Shown in pieces: positions 1 through 13,300 of a stretch of 64,000 bases of DNA. Position 1 is the stretch's first letter, and every line of letters begins with the position of its first letter. The translations under genes were made by a program, and so were the position numbers. The stretch is from Klebsormidium nitens (lineage: Eukaryota; Plantae; Klebsormidiophyceae): positions 62,001 to 126,000 of the forward strand of contig DF237189.1 of NCBI GenBank assembly GCA_000708835.1, given 5' to 3'. The notes under the pieces are model-generated. The model saw only the letters and a list, made by a program, of their open reading frames with translations. It searched no databases and was not told the DNA's origin.

Positions 1-3000
1 TTCGGGAGGTTGCTGATAGGCTGCGCACCGCTCCCACATGGGACGATTGGAGGGGATCATGTAGCAAATCCCGAGATTTGCGAGCCACGCGGATCAAAGG
101 GATGCATTTTGACTCTTGAGCCTATCACGCGGTAAGATTTTGAACCGTGGATTGGGGCATGGATGATCGGACCGTAGCCACGGTCTGAATTTTTGCAATC
201 CACAGACCTGAACGCGCGCATTTCACCACTCAGGAGGCGGATGTTCGATCAGACTTGGAGGCAGGCGAGGCGAGAAAGTGGACTCAAAACTCCATGAGAA
301 ATCAGAGAATACGGACATACTGGTAGTCACATGTGCTCGGTACGACTGCATTTTCGGACGTTCCTGCTTAGCTGCTTGTGTGGTTGGGCCTGCAAAGGTC
401 CCTTCTGAGTCAGGCAAACTTTTCCTTCGTTAAACGTTTTTGGCAGCTATCAGAGCTGAGGGCATATTGTCTTTCGCTTCCCTTTTGCTTCATTGTTTTG
501 CATCATTTTAATGCAATTTAGAATAGCAATCCGGGCTCCTCACTACCTCCTCACTATATCCTAAGATACTGTATATCCTACATAATTGTATCCAGCTCCA
601 GCAGCTCAAGTCGTATCAGCTCCGATTGTCCAGCTCAAGCTGTTGCTAAAACGGCCTTCAACGACGCATATGTCTGACTGTATATCAACTTCCGTTCTTG
701 GCCTGCCTTAACCTGCCACGTTTGAAGACGGGCCGACCTGCATGGTCTACTTTGCAACACTGACCCTTTCCTGAGTTTCCAGATCAGAAGGCCTCAGTGC
801 ATCAGTGTTTTCTACCATTTATGACCTTACTACTAGGTACCCACTAGGTACTTACAGACTGAAGTACTACAGCTTGAAGTTGCAGGGCTGGTTTCTGCTG
901 TGTACCCCGGGAAAGCTACATTTCCTGAGCTGAAAAAGCGGCACGCCACAGCCAAAGTACCGCCTTTGCAGATTGAGATGGCGGGTCGACGTATAGGGAG
1001 TCGATGATTCCCCAACCCAAGAACGCCCGAGTGGCTGAGTCGACTTCGCCAGTATGCAGCGCGTACTACCTTGTAGCAGGTCATTCTCTTGTCTTGTACC
1101 TAAAAATCATTCGAAAGAACACCCAGCTAGCTAATCTGCTTCAGGGATGTACCGTCATTGATCCATAATTTGCGTAGTTGATCACTTTTAGCCACACCGG
1201 ATGATGACGTAATTGCATCCATTATCTACCTCGAATATCATAATATCATGGTCCGGTCTTCACGTGACTTCTCCCTCAGCGGTAGCAAGCCTGCCGAGTA
1301 TCATCTGGCAAGTTCACAACTCGACTTCAAGCAGTATCGTTGTCAACTCTTGCATCAGTCTCAGATTCTAGTTCGATTCGAAACAAGAGGCCCGCCCAAC
1401 CATTTTCACTAGAGGTCAATACTTACTAAGCAAACAAGCCCAAGCCTCAGATAATCAACAGCACTAGTCACCCGAAGCCCAGTGCTAGAGTATGCGCTAC
1501 GTGGGTTGCAATATGCACGGCTCGCAGGCGCTGATGTCAGTTGAGGAGGAAGAAGGAAATTTACACTCAAGGCTGCAATGCCGTGTTGCTTATTTCCAAT
1601 GAACATGGCAAAAGTTCAGAATAATGTGCCGGCCTGCGCTGGCTGTAGACAAGTGGGCCTTAGCGTGTGGCAACCTGACCCTGCGCGGCATGGAGGGATG
1701 CACCATTCCTTTAGTGTTCACGGAAAGGGAACTGTCTCATTGTCCCGCAACCCAAGCCAAGTACGTACAACACGCGTGCACCCGGTTCAATGTCACACCA
1801 GTGGTTCTAATCTGGTAAGCCGCCGGAGCTTCTGGTTACAGACGCGCTGTTTGGCAGTCAGTTCTGAATTGCAAGACACTGCGTGCAGCGGTGAGTATGC
1901 TGTTTTGTTACCGGCTTCCGCTCGACGCAGCTCATTGAGTCTTGTCGAAACCTCTGCCCCATTCCTGTTGGTCCAGAAAAGCTGAGAGGCAGGTTTGAAA
2001 TGGTTTCTAGGAAAAAACATAGATGGAAAAGGTTTGGGTTGCACGTGGTAATCTTGGTAACACGCATTAAAAAAACTAAGAGCACGCTGACCATTGCACG
2101 AGTTCCTTTGCTCGCTTTGCCAGTTGAAGGGTTGCTGCTAGTTGATTTCCGTACTATGCAAATGTGTATCTGGTCGAAAACAAACCAGGAAACTCCTTCA
2201 CCGAAAGCGCCTTTGTACGGGTCTGCACCTCGAGCTTGAAGATTTCGGGTACCTGGGCTCAATGCTTTTACACTGAGCAGAGTATCGATCGAACCTGAGC
2301 TCCACTTGCTTGGTCAAAAGCGGTCCCTTGCGTCTGCAGCAATCTCTATGGACGAGGGTGAAAATTTGTCGGCCACGTCAAGACTTGGGGTCCAAAAAGG
2401 TCGACAGTCACTTTACTTTCGTCAGCGCGCTGCCGTCTAGTGAGACTGCTGTCGCTGTCAACGAGGATGCAGCTCAAAGTCTGGCTCAGATCGACTGCAG
2501 ACAACGCGAAGCTCTCTCAGCGGAGAGGCTTCGCTTGATGGACGAGGTAAAAGATTCCAACCATTGCACTCAGGACAAAGCGTGCAAAAGGTTTGACATC
2601 GCGAGCTCGAGGATTTCTTGATCGAGCTTTGTAAGTGTACACCGTAGCGAACTCCTAGTGAATTTTGTCGCTTGAACCGTCGCTTCCGCTTTTGGGTCTT
2701 TCGCGGCGCGCCGCGCCACTTCATCAATGCGACAAATATCTGAAATAAGCGTGCAAAGTGAAGCATACAAAAGCTAAAGCGCTCTTCCATTCTATCCCCG
2801 TTAAATACGGGGCTGTATTGCTTTCCAGGAGGACAGAAGGGCCCGCCAACGGGAAGAATGGCACAGGGAGATGGCTGCCTTGGAGAAGGAGGTAGGATCC
2901 TCCGCCGACCAAATGGACGTTGCAAACGAGGTTCCGATACAGCCCATTTGAATCTTGTTGGTCGTCCAACTCACTAGGAAATTGGCTGCTACTTTTCGTG

Positions 3001-4400
3001 ATACTTTTCGATCAGCGGTGTTCTACCAACTAAGTCCAGCTTTGAAGATGACAACGGCGGTTGGCAGACTCGGGTTCTCGACCACCGTGTGAAAAAGGGA
3101 AGCCCCGAGACAACTGAGAGCATGATCCACTTGTCAGCCTGAAAGGAAAGAACCAGATTGTAAAGCCTTTACAAATTCGCCACTACAACCCATGAATCCA
3201 GATCCTTCCTTTCCCCGTATAGGTTGCGGCTATGAAAGAGCGGGTCCGAACCGTTCAAAACTACTTGACCTACAAGCATCTTGGGCAAAGCCTGCCCACA
3301 TCCCCGTTGCACTGTAACGAAGACCGGACAACTGTCAACCGATGATTGGGCGGCAGCCGCTGCTTTCCCCTCGCTTGCCATGGCGAGGGCAGCTCGAAGA
3401 CATCAACCATTAGAATGCTCGCACAAGCTTTTTCAATCCGCCACCGGACTGCCAAGCTAGGTAGGACGCCGGTAGGGAAGCCTTGATTGAATCAGCGACA
3501 GCGTGACGCGCTATTGTAAGGTCCGAGTCAAAATTGGGTAGCCCCTTAGGAAGAAGAGCCCGAGTGTCTCTAAAGTATTCGCGACTCTTCCGCACGCGCT
3601 TGCTGAAGGACCTTTCGTTTGTGTAGGACACTTGCTGCTATTCCCCTCCGCCGTTTGCTGAAGCCGCCAGCAAGGCCAGGACGCTTGTAATTTTCCGAAC
3701 CAGCAACTCATAAGTACCTCCCGTTACATCAACAACAAGCGCTCGATTGTGCTGGTCGTCCCTCACGTTTGAACGGGTCTTGACGTGATGAAAGTCTTGC
3801 CGGGAGCGTCTTGGTTAAATCCTCTTCTATGCATCGGAAGCTTGCCGGCTTTGCGGACGGTTGTTCATTGCCTCTGTTCTTCAACTGAACCAGATACATC
3901 ACGACTGACAGCAGTCGAGTAAGACTGACCGTATATCTCTGATAGGATACAATCGTACGCCTTGACCGCTGACGCCCACGTCAGCCGGTTCAGCGGATTT
4001 TTTTTTACAAGTGTGATGCATGTATTGTCTGCAGTACACCAACCTGGAAAGAGCGCCGCGCTGACATGAGACGCAGGCGCAAAGCCGCACGCCTCAAGCT
4101 CCTTTCACTGATTATCCGAGCTAATTCGAGATATCAGCAGAAACTTCGCCACTTTTTCATGGCAGCCTGACCATTGAATCTTTCATCAGTACCCGTGTAA
4201 AGATCGATTTCCCAAAGGCGTCAGGTCCCTCTCCACGACCATATCTTCTCGGAATGGTCGACTTATATGGGTGGATTGTCTTGCGTGGTGCATTCGTGAA
4301 ATCTGGTGCGGAGAAGCAGAGGGGCCGCGTACATGGTTTTTTGGCTCTATGCATACCGAAGCACAGTTGAAATACCAAAGCGCAGTTGGTTTGTGCTTCG
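1..4400 (-). mobile_element. Heavily decayed Ty3/gypsy-like gag-pol relic (partial; runs off window start)
   Basis: Fragmented, stop-riddled, intron-less coding-like sequence. Motif remnants occur in Ty3 pol order on the minus strand, across frameshifts: 'TRAFLG' (RT thumb, 1015-1029), 'KPALQL...MVENTDA' (RNase H TDAS-like, ~800-890), 'YDLELL'-like (~610), 'GKRKDN..SAL' (GKxNxxADAL-like, ~470), 'LL..IPSNRPMWE' (integrase GLLxPLPIPxRPWE-like, 30-70). Motif matches are by eye only. Confidence 0.45.
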
Positions 4401-5651
4401 AAACAGTCGAACTGAGGAACGGCAATAATGACAGCAGCCTGTTCCGGATGACCTGAATGCTAGAAACCCGTTCGCGTGCCGTTCATTTCGCTGTTGCATT
4501 ACTCTATAGCAAATATACTCGGATCCCAGGAGTTAAAGGGGCGAGGGCCAGTCACTTTACAAGATTCCGACGCCCTCATTTGTACATTTGTGCATGAGTG
4601 AAACCCGGTCCGTCTCCGCGCAACCTGGTTTTGGACAAGATACTCGATTTGGTTTCGCGTCCGGCATGGCGATGGCCCACGCGGTCTTCGTACGGTGACG
4701 CTAGATCCTTCAAAGGACGAAGCTAGCTCGGTCGCGCGAAAACTGCAAATAACTGATGCTAGTGACGCGAATTCTGTGCGGTTCCGGTTGGTTCTGCATG
4801 AACGTTCTTTGGATCTCCATCTAGCCTAGCTACGACGGTCTCTGGCAATACCGTCCAATTATTCCAATCAGCACATACATGTCTGCTGCACGCGCGCAAT
4901 TGTGCCAAGAGCTCGACGCGGACACTCTTGACCAAATGATCCGATCATGCGCAACATCAATTGCAGATTCAACATGCAGTGCCACAACATGGGATCACAA
5001 CATGAGGTGTTCCGGTTTCAACTAGCTACTGTAGCTGTCACGTGTCCGGCCAACCAGACTTAGGATTGTATGTCGAGTATCTCAGAAGGTCCGTTCGCGG
5101 CGTGCCATTATGGTGAAAGAAAACCATGTGCATGCGCACACTCCAATCGCGAGATTCATTAAGACGTGCTGCAGTGCAAATACTGCACTGACATGCATGT
5201 CATGCTGCATGTTGATTATAGTAGAGTTGAATGATTTCGGCTATACGTGCGCATATTTCTCTTGATCGATGCTTGGGCCGGGCTTGAGGCGGATCGCCGT
5301 TGTGCTCCAAAACACATAAGTGCATGGCGCGCCTTGATTTTGACTTGTACCACGGCCATTTCGTACCGACTTTCCAACTTATAATCCAGATTGCAGGTCG
5401 CGCTGACAGATTGCAACCGAGCCGCATGACTCAAAATTTGGCCTCATCTTTGCCACATGCACGTCCACCAGCAATGTAAGATTCATGATCCAGGCTGGCA
5501 AGCGTCATGGATTCAGATGCACCAATCGAAAGCTCCATCGTTTGCATCCCGTTGTTAAGAGAACCGTTTGAGATGTCACAATTAAAAGGAGGCTGTCTTC
5601 GAGATTCACAAAAGTACCACCAATAACTCCAACCTTATCCCTTCCGAGTAC

Positions 5652-7980
5652 CTATGCGTCTTTCGCCTTTGCCTTGTTCTTCAACATTTCCTCATACCGC
5701 AACTTCTTGAAGTACGCCTTCTTCGTCCACTTAACCTTTCCAGGCAGTTGCACAACGTTGCAACCCGCTGCCTCGAGCTTCGCCTTGGCGGTCTTCGAGA
5801 AGGAACCCGCCTCAATGGTGAAGCTCTCTGTCAAGTCACCGTCACCCAACACCTGCAAGAGATACGCCAGTTGTATTAAGTAAGGGATGGACTGCCGACC
5901 TGATAACAGAGAAAGAGGGGGCGGACACTGCTCGTGAAGGAGCAAAGTCAGTCGACGCGCAAAGCAACCAAAAGAATGAAGAACGGCCCTTTCATTCTAC
6001 AACGTTGACTAAAAAACAGAAAAGGACCTCCTTGCCAATCTTCTGCAACGGGCTACTGCACTTGCAAATTAGCCTGGGCTTCCGCTAGGAAACAACGAGA
6101 GCCGTTCTCTGTCGCAATGGTTCAGCTTCTGGCAGAAGAGCACCGTTGAACAGGTCCAATTTCGAAGCGTTGTCAGAATCGGGGCTTCAACCAACGTAAC
6201 AGGTAACACAAGACATACTGCGAAAATCACATATCAAACATCACAATTGACCAACAGCGAAAGGCACAGTCATTGTGCACGCAGCAATTAGCCAGATCCG
6301 CTGCGCTGACAATTAACGCACAGGACGACAACAAAGCAGGCCCACCTTTAGGGGAAGCTTGCGCTCCTTTCCAGACGGCTTGATCAGGCCGTTGGCAATA
6401 AGGCTCTCCCGAGAGATCTGCCCGCCATTCACGGCCAGGCCGCGGGCAACGATATCTTCTAAGTTGACGGCCACATGCGTGGTCCGACCCTTGGGCATAC
6501 CTGCAACAAAGACATGGTCCTTTAAAATCAGCCAGAGGGGCTGTGCGATGCACGGACTTGGATTCTCCAAAAGAAGTACGGAAGGGGCGGCTACGGCTAT
6601 CTTAGCAGAGAGGCAGGCTTCGTCGTTCTACGAGCTAGGAAGCACTGTGTCTTTGGAGCAGACCAGGACTCGATCCGACACTCTGACCAAGCTTTCGAAC
6701 CCGTTCAGCAAAGCAAAAGCTTGGCAAGATCAGACCGCAATATTGAGCGCCCAGCGTCCACCTGGCACCTTCTGACTTTCAGCAGATTGCGCCCCAGCGA
6801 AGTCCGTGATTGGAGAGCCACAGCAGTACACGAGGGCGCAAATGATGAGATAAAGCGAGAAAGCTCGATGCTGCGAGGGCCGGAAGCGACTCTTGTGTAG
6901 CATTAAAACAGAGGCGAGGTAAAATTCCACGCTTCTAAGTGTACCGACCTCGGGTAACATCCCAACGTTGGGGCTTACATGACACGTTGAAAGGCACTGC
7001 CTTCAAGAGTCGCGAGTTTCAAGCCGAAAGCCTGGAGGCAGGGAGAAAGTTCGAGCTTCTACCAGACTTCGACACGCACCTCCAGCAATACCCCGCAGCT
7101 TTGGCAGCCTCCGGTACAGCGGCATTTGACCTCCCTCGAAACCGGGCCTGGTTCCCGAGCCCGACCGCGACTTCTGTCCCCTCATACCGAACCCGCAGCT
7201 CGCGCCCTGCCCCGCTGCAATACCACGCCCCTTGCGGGTCTTGCGCTTCCGAGAACCAGGCTGGGGCTTCAAGTTGTTCAACCGAAACCGCTCGATCTCT
7301 GCGAAGGAACGTTAAAAGATTGGTTCAACACTTTGATGCCTTTGCAATGACCAGAGTACATGCATTTTTTTGAGCGTCAACTTGTCTTCAGAGGGATGCC
7401 CCTGAGGAACCTCCGCTTGCTCTGGCAAGCTCGAGACACCTGCAAAGCATTCCTGCAGCTCCAAATGCTGGCCTTGTAGATTCTGCCACTGAAAACATGG
7501 CTCCAAATATTTCAGGCAGCAAAGCACGTCACCAAATTGATGTATCCCAACTTGCGCGATCATGTGATTGCTTTTTCAAAATGATGAATGCAGTCCGCCT
7601 ATCCTGCTCAGCTCTCACCTCAACCTAGCCAAGCTTACTCTGAGGACTGGCCACCAGTCTGCTGCTGCCAACTTCCCAAAGAGCAGTGGCTTCAAGTTGC
7701 GTCTCCAGCAGGTTCAACGGTTACTTACGAGGGGAAGAAGGTCTGGTATCAGAAAAGCAGGACCACTTCTGCTCATCTCATCCCGGGGCAGTAACGCACC
7801 CAACTTCCAAAAGAAGTTGCACAAAAGAACAAAGGGACGTAGAAACCCACCGGGTTCTGCTTCAGCAACTGCCATTGTTACTCCCGCCCTGGCGGCTCTC
7901 GCTGCCATCGGCACTTTGCACAGCGACCGGCTGCTGGGGAGGAAAGGGGTGCACGGGGCGCCATTGCTCAACGGCACACT
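5652..7980 (-). CDS. rpl15: Plastid-targeted 50S ribosomal protein L15 (5' end uncertain)
   Basis: Exons 7980-7851, 7298-7080, 6500-6346, 5852-5652 with GT-AG, phase-compatible junctions. uL15 signature '[49 protein letters not shown]' and 'LKVLGDGDL'. The N-terminus is transit-peptide-like. In-frame ATG at 7908; an upstream exon is possible. Confidence 0.95.
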
Positions 7981-10358
7981 CTGCAGAGTTGGCACCAAAA
8001 GGTTAGGTTGTGATGTGCAAAACGACTACTGCTTCCGTTGGTTGCGTCAACGAGGTGGACTATGACTCTCTCTAAGCGCTGAAACCAGGGGTGGGCAAGT
8101 CTCCTCATAATCCTTGAAGGACACCAAATAAAGAAAACAAGTACTCAGCTTAAAGCCAATACAGATACCCAGTAAAACGCCGTCATATACCCCGAAGATA
8201 CGAGTGAGCAATCTATGAAGCTACGACCACGTCCGACTCTCACAGACGATTCCCAAATTTTGTCTGCCAAACCCTGGAAGAAGCTGATCCAAAGCCTTTG
8301 ACTTGCAGAATGGTGATTAACTGCCAGCAGGAAAAAAACCAAGTCCTGGCTATACATCCATGGCCCCTAGCGACAGGATTGTTCTCTGGAGTATCAACAT
8401 GAGAGTGCCAGAAAACGTCTCCGGAAGGGTCCCAGCCAAATTGGAAGCCTTCAAGCCAGGGTCCGTGTGAGAGTTGCAATGGCCATTCATGTTGAGCAGC
8501 GGGCACGGGGCACTCAAGACGTCAACTGCAACCAATCTCTATCTTCATTGCCTCTTCAAGTATATGAGCCTGTTCTTCACAGCATTCCACTGGCGTTGCT
8601 TCAAACCTGGAATGCTGCTGCTTTGGCTCATTCGAATTGGGGACAACAGAGATAAGCCTTTCCTTTAATCTGCCGGCGAGCTATCTGGGATAGCCGCTAC
8701 GCTGAGTCCTCAAACCAATCCCTTCATATCCATGATGTCGATCACGAGAGAGCCGAAGGAGCCTAGAATCCTTGCAGATAAAATTGACGTTGATAGAAAC
8801 CCTTTGAAAAGACCCTGGTTACCTAGCCTCCGATCGGCCAACCTAGGTGGCGAGCAGACAGCATCACGTGCCAACTAAAGTTTGGGCCGTATCCTACTAG
8901 AAGATTGTCACAGCAGCTCGCCCACACCCTTCCTGTGAAAATGCACCAGAGAGGACCAAAAACTTGCCCCTAATGCATCCCCTCACAAGCATTACCAGAG
9001 CCCATGAATCTGCTTCTTGTAATACCTTATGGCGGTTACTGATAGGCAGCTATTTTCAAGGCACATTGCTCCATTTTGGTAATGGTCAACCTGATCTCTT
9101 TCTTTTCCAGCTTGAGCTATCTACAGCTGCAGAGTACCTTCCACTGTCCATACCAACCGAACAACGCATCTGCTTGCTGACTCCCTTTTAACGGGTGTTG
9201 GTGTGACCACGCCAATGCAGAGGGTTCCACATAAACCCTATCCGCCAAAAGCACCGCCTTAACGTCAGAATGAGCTCAAGTACCACGCATCGTCTTGCGC
9301 TAAATAGCACCTCACCTTCAGTTGTGCACCCGTCTGGACGGCGCCTCTGCTCAACGTGGACGACCGGCTGACAAGCCCCACGGTCGCCATCTTTGTGGTC
9401 CCAAATGTACTGCCGAAGCTGTTCCTACACTACCCACAAACGTCGGCTATCTTTGCCACCTCAACGACACAAGATTGATGAGGCGAAAGATTCCTCAAGA
9501 ACCGGCCCAAGCGATCAACCAGCTGCCACAAAACAAGACCGCCTCCCCTTGCGCCTCACCTTCCGCAATCCCTTCGATCGTCACCTTCTTGAACTTTGAA
9601 GCCCGAGTGCTCCGGATTTCAGTCTGGCGGCCAGTCTTACTCTTGGGCCATCCACACCGTGCGATGCGACTGTGTTTCAATGATGACGGCTGGAATTAAT
9701 CTAAAGTTCAGCGTCGAAGTTTAACTAGTGCCAAGTTCTGGCACAAGTCCTGTCCAAGAAGACTGCAAGCTCACATGATGAACAGTGAACACCTCATGAT
9801 GCTTTCAAATTTCAAGACACTGTGCTGTGATTGTGCAGCGTGCTCAGCACAGCTCAAAACTTCCGAGTTCAACTTCAACTTCATTGTCAAGACGAGCCTG
9901 CTCATGAACGAACGATTCGCGCATGCCAAGCGATGCATGATGGCAAATAATGCATCCATGGCGGACGTTGGACAGCTTGCATGCAGCAGCACATACCAGC
10001 AAGGCCCCGCAGTCCCTTGCATAGAATCGTCTCAACCAGGACGATAGACAGGTAGTGGGACAGCCAGAGCGAAAGGGCATCCAGTCATCAAAGTTGATCG
10101 CAGAAGGGGGCATTGGTTGACTGAATGCAGCTTGCTTCGTCGACAGAAGACGACCTTGCAGATTGGCCTGGGGAATGTCAGGGCGTTGACCTTTGCGTTT
10201 TGTGTAGCTTTCAATCAGCACCACCACTCAGAACTTAGGAGCTCCCTACTGGATTGATTCAATGCAAGCACAGTAGTCGCAAGGGAACCCTCATCAAACC
10301 TTACTCCCTTGCGGGCCGCCTGCCACTGACATCAGCAAGTGGTGGCGCTGTCGCAACC

Positions 10359-13300
10359 ATGAGCGGGCCAGGGGAAGGAAAGGTGCTGCCGGAACTCGGG
10401 CTGGCGTTCAAGGGTGTCGCTGACCTCATCAAGCAGAATGCTGAGGTGCCGACTGCCGCGTTTGCGGCAGCGTGCGATAAGATCAACCCAATCTTTGGCC
10501 ACCTTGGGATGGCGTTCAAGTTCGCAAGGGATGACTTTGTCACAAAGGTGAGAAACTTTTTGTTGTGCAGCAGTCCTTCAACTGCATCAAAGGTATGAAT
10601 GTGAGCCAGATAGGATAATATGGTCTTCTGGATGTCATCTTCTGGCTTTTTCAAAGCGTTCATTGTTCAGTGATGGTTGAATGAGGGAGCTCAATGCGTC
10701 TATCTAGAGGGCTACTATGAAGTATCGTTTTGACTTGCCCCATTCAAAACTTTGAGTAGAATACGACGGCTCGTTGTAGTGCGTAACCCCCTGCGGCCAT
10801 CGCTGGCGCATGTTGCAAATTGAGTCAAACCAGGGGTGGGGAGTTTGTGCATGCTTTTGTAATAATTCATGCCTAACAAACACCATTGTTGCTTACCCGT
10901 AAGTTCAAGGGGCGATTGGTTGGTCAAAATCTCGGGAGGTCAACACCAGAAAGTTCTTGTGAGGTTGATGGGGCCATCATATGTTGTCTGGCGTCCACAC
11001 TTCTGGACAGGTTCCAGGAGGTCTGTCTGAATTTCGAGTGGCATCTTATCACAATTCTAGATTGGCACGATATCTGGTTTAGCGTGCAATGAGTAGTCCC
11101 CTGTCTTGTGTGCCACATTGGCCGTTCTTATGGCATACCGTCCAGCTTGATGTACAATGGCTACTCTCAAATATCGGGTTGTGCCCCAGATTGACTACAG
11201 TAGTTTGGCATCCTCACCCTCCCAATCCAGTTCAACTCAGTCCTCCTCTACTATCGTTTTGTGTCTTTTATTTTTGTGAGTCCGGCAGACAGAGATACCC
11301 GCACTGTTCTCTATCATTCGAATAGGCCCTTATATGGACGCATCTCAATCAGATATGTCGAACTCTTGTCGACAGCATCCTCAAATTAGTTCTTTGTCCT
11401 CCATCCTCATGTCGGCTCTGTCCCTTGGAAAGTATCATCCAGATGCACGACCTGTCTAAGCGCACACTCAACATCATGTCAGGCTTCGCTGGCGCCGTTC
11501 AGCCCCCTTCCCTGTGAGGATCTTTCTTCAGACTTTATCTCAGACTCGAAAGTCCATTTCGACCTCTCCTTCCAACGCCATGAAGCAGCCTGTTCAGGTT
11601 AACCAGCCTTGACTCGCGAAGATAGTCTCTGCACAACGTATCGTCAACTGGTCACTAAAAGCGCTCATGTAAGCAAACATCAGCACCAGTCTCCTTGGCG
11701 CCAATTGGAACAAACTTGTGAAGTTCTCCATCGCCTTGTGACCCCATACCGTTCCGTTTTCGAAATTGCCCTCTCTAAACAGAAATCTCCATATCCTGCT
11801 TCGCAGGTAGAGGACCTGAAGGAGTGCGCGAAGGACCTGCCCACTCTGGAAGACATCCTGGACGCGGACATCAAGGCCGGCACCGTGCGCGAGCCTGGGA
11901 GCCACACGCGCAACCTGCTGCGCGTCACGCGCGGGATCAACATGATCCGGCTGCTTTTTGAGCACCTACTCTCGAGCGAGTGAGCGGCGCGTTTCGGTTC
12001 GTGTCGGAAGCCGCTTTTTCCTGGACTCTTTTCGTGGATTTTGGGCTCAGGTGCTTGGTTCCGTTACGAGGCCTTTTCTTCCGTGCTTTTCCTTCTGTTT
12101 CCTCCGATTTGCACCTCCTTTTTTGTGTCGTGACACTGCCTTTTCTGGAACACCTGCTCTTCAGGGAGAACAATGTCAGTTCGTTCGCTTTCGTTCCATT
12201 TCCTTTTGTCGCCTGAACCCGCCGAACGATGCTGTAAGCTGTCCATGGTTGCATAGATGCAAAATCTTTTGATACTCATGTCAGTTCGATCTCCAAAACG
12301 GGTCCGCCTTCGGCCTTCGGCCTTCAACGGCAAAGTTTCCATGCATCACTTATAACCAGGTTTTCTTACAAGGGCACAGAAACACCGCCCCTCTTTTTCT
12401 ACTCTCCGTCTTGCATAGTAGCGTCAGGTTGAAGGAGGCCGCATCGGTTATTCGAAGCACACAACATGCAACGCTCTTGGGAACTCCAGGTTGAATATTG
12501 AACACTCTTCCTGCAAAGAGCCTGCATCTCAGTCCTCAGAAACACCTACTTTGACCGCCCACTGTGTTTACATGTGCAGTGGCGTCAGCGTGACGGCCCA
12601 CGAGGACACACAGCGAAACTTTCACGTTGCCTTCCTGTCTTCTGGCAAACGCTCACTGCTCGTAATAAAACTTACAATCGATCCTCACCCACCCAACAAT
12701 AACCCGCTATGCTTCCCCGGTTTGCGGTGTCAGCCTGACGAAGTCCGCATCCAAGGCCTACAAATCTGATGATGAGTCTGATGATGAGTCTCGCTCGGAA
12801 AGATGACTGCGCTCCTCCGAGAAGCTAAGATTCTTTCGGGCCCGCCCTTACCGCCCATCAGCTCCTCTTGGCGTAACAGCATGAACACGAACGGGGCTGT
12901 GTTGATTGATTACAGAGAGTGGGATCTTGCACCTTTTAGAGTCCCCAAAATAGCGCATACTTCGAACAACTCCGACCAGTATATTATGTTTTCCGCTCTG
13001 TTTTGTTGCAGTGGCGTCAGCCTGAAGGATGCCGCATCATAAGCGGATGGGCATACAGAGCAATTGCTTTTGCTACTATTCATCGCCACATCGAGCGTAT
13101 ACTTTTCCTACCGACGAGTTTCTTACTTGATCTTTCCACTCTCTTTTCTTGCGGCGGCGTCTGCCTGCCGGAAACCGCGTCAAACCGAGCGGGATCCTCG
13201 CACTTATTCATAACCCATTCACTCTCGAGTCTCTACGAACAACCGTAGCGAGTGGTGGAGTACCCTCAGGGTGCGTCGAATGCGAACGGCGAGCACCTTT

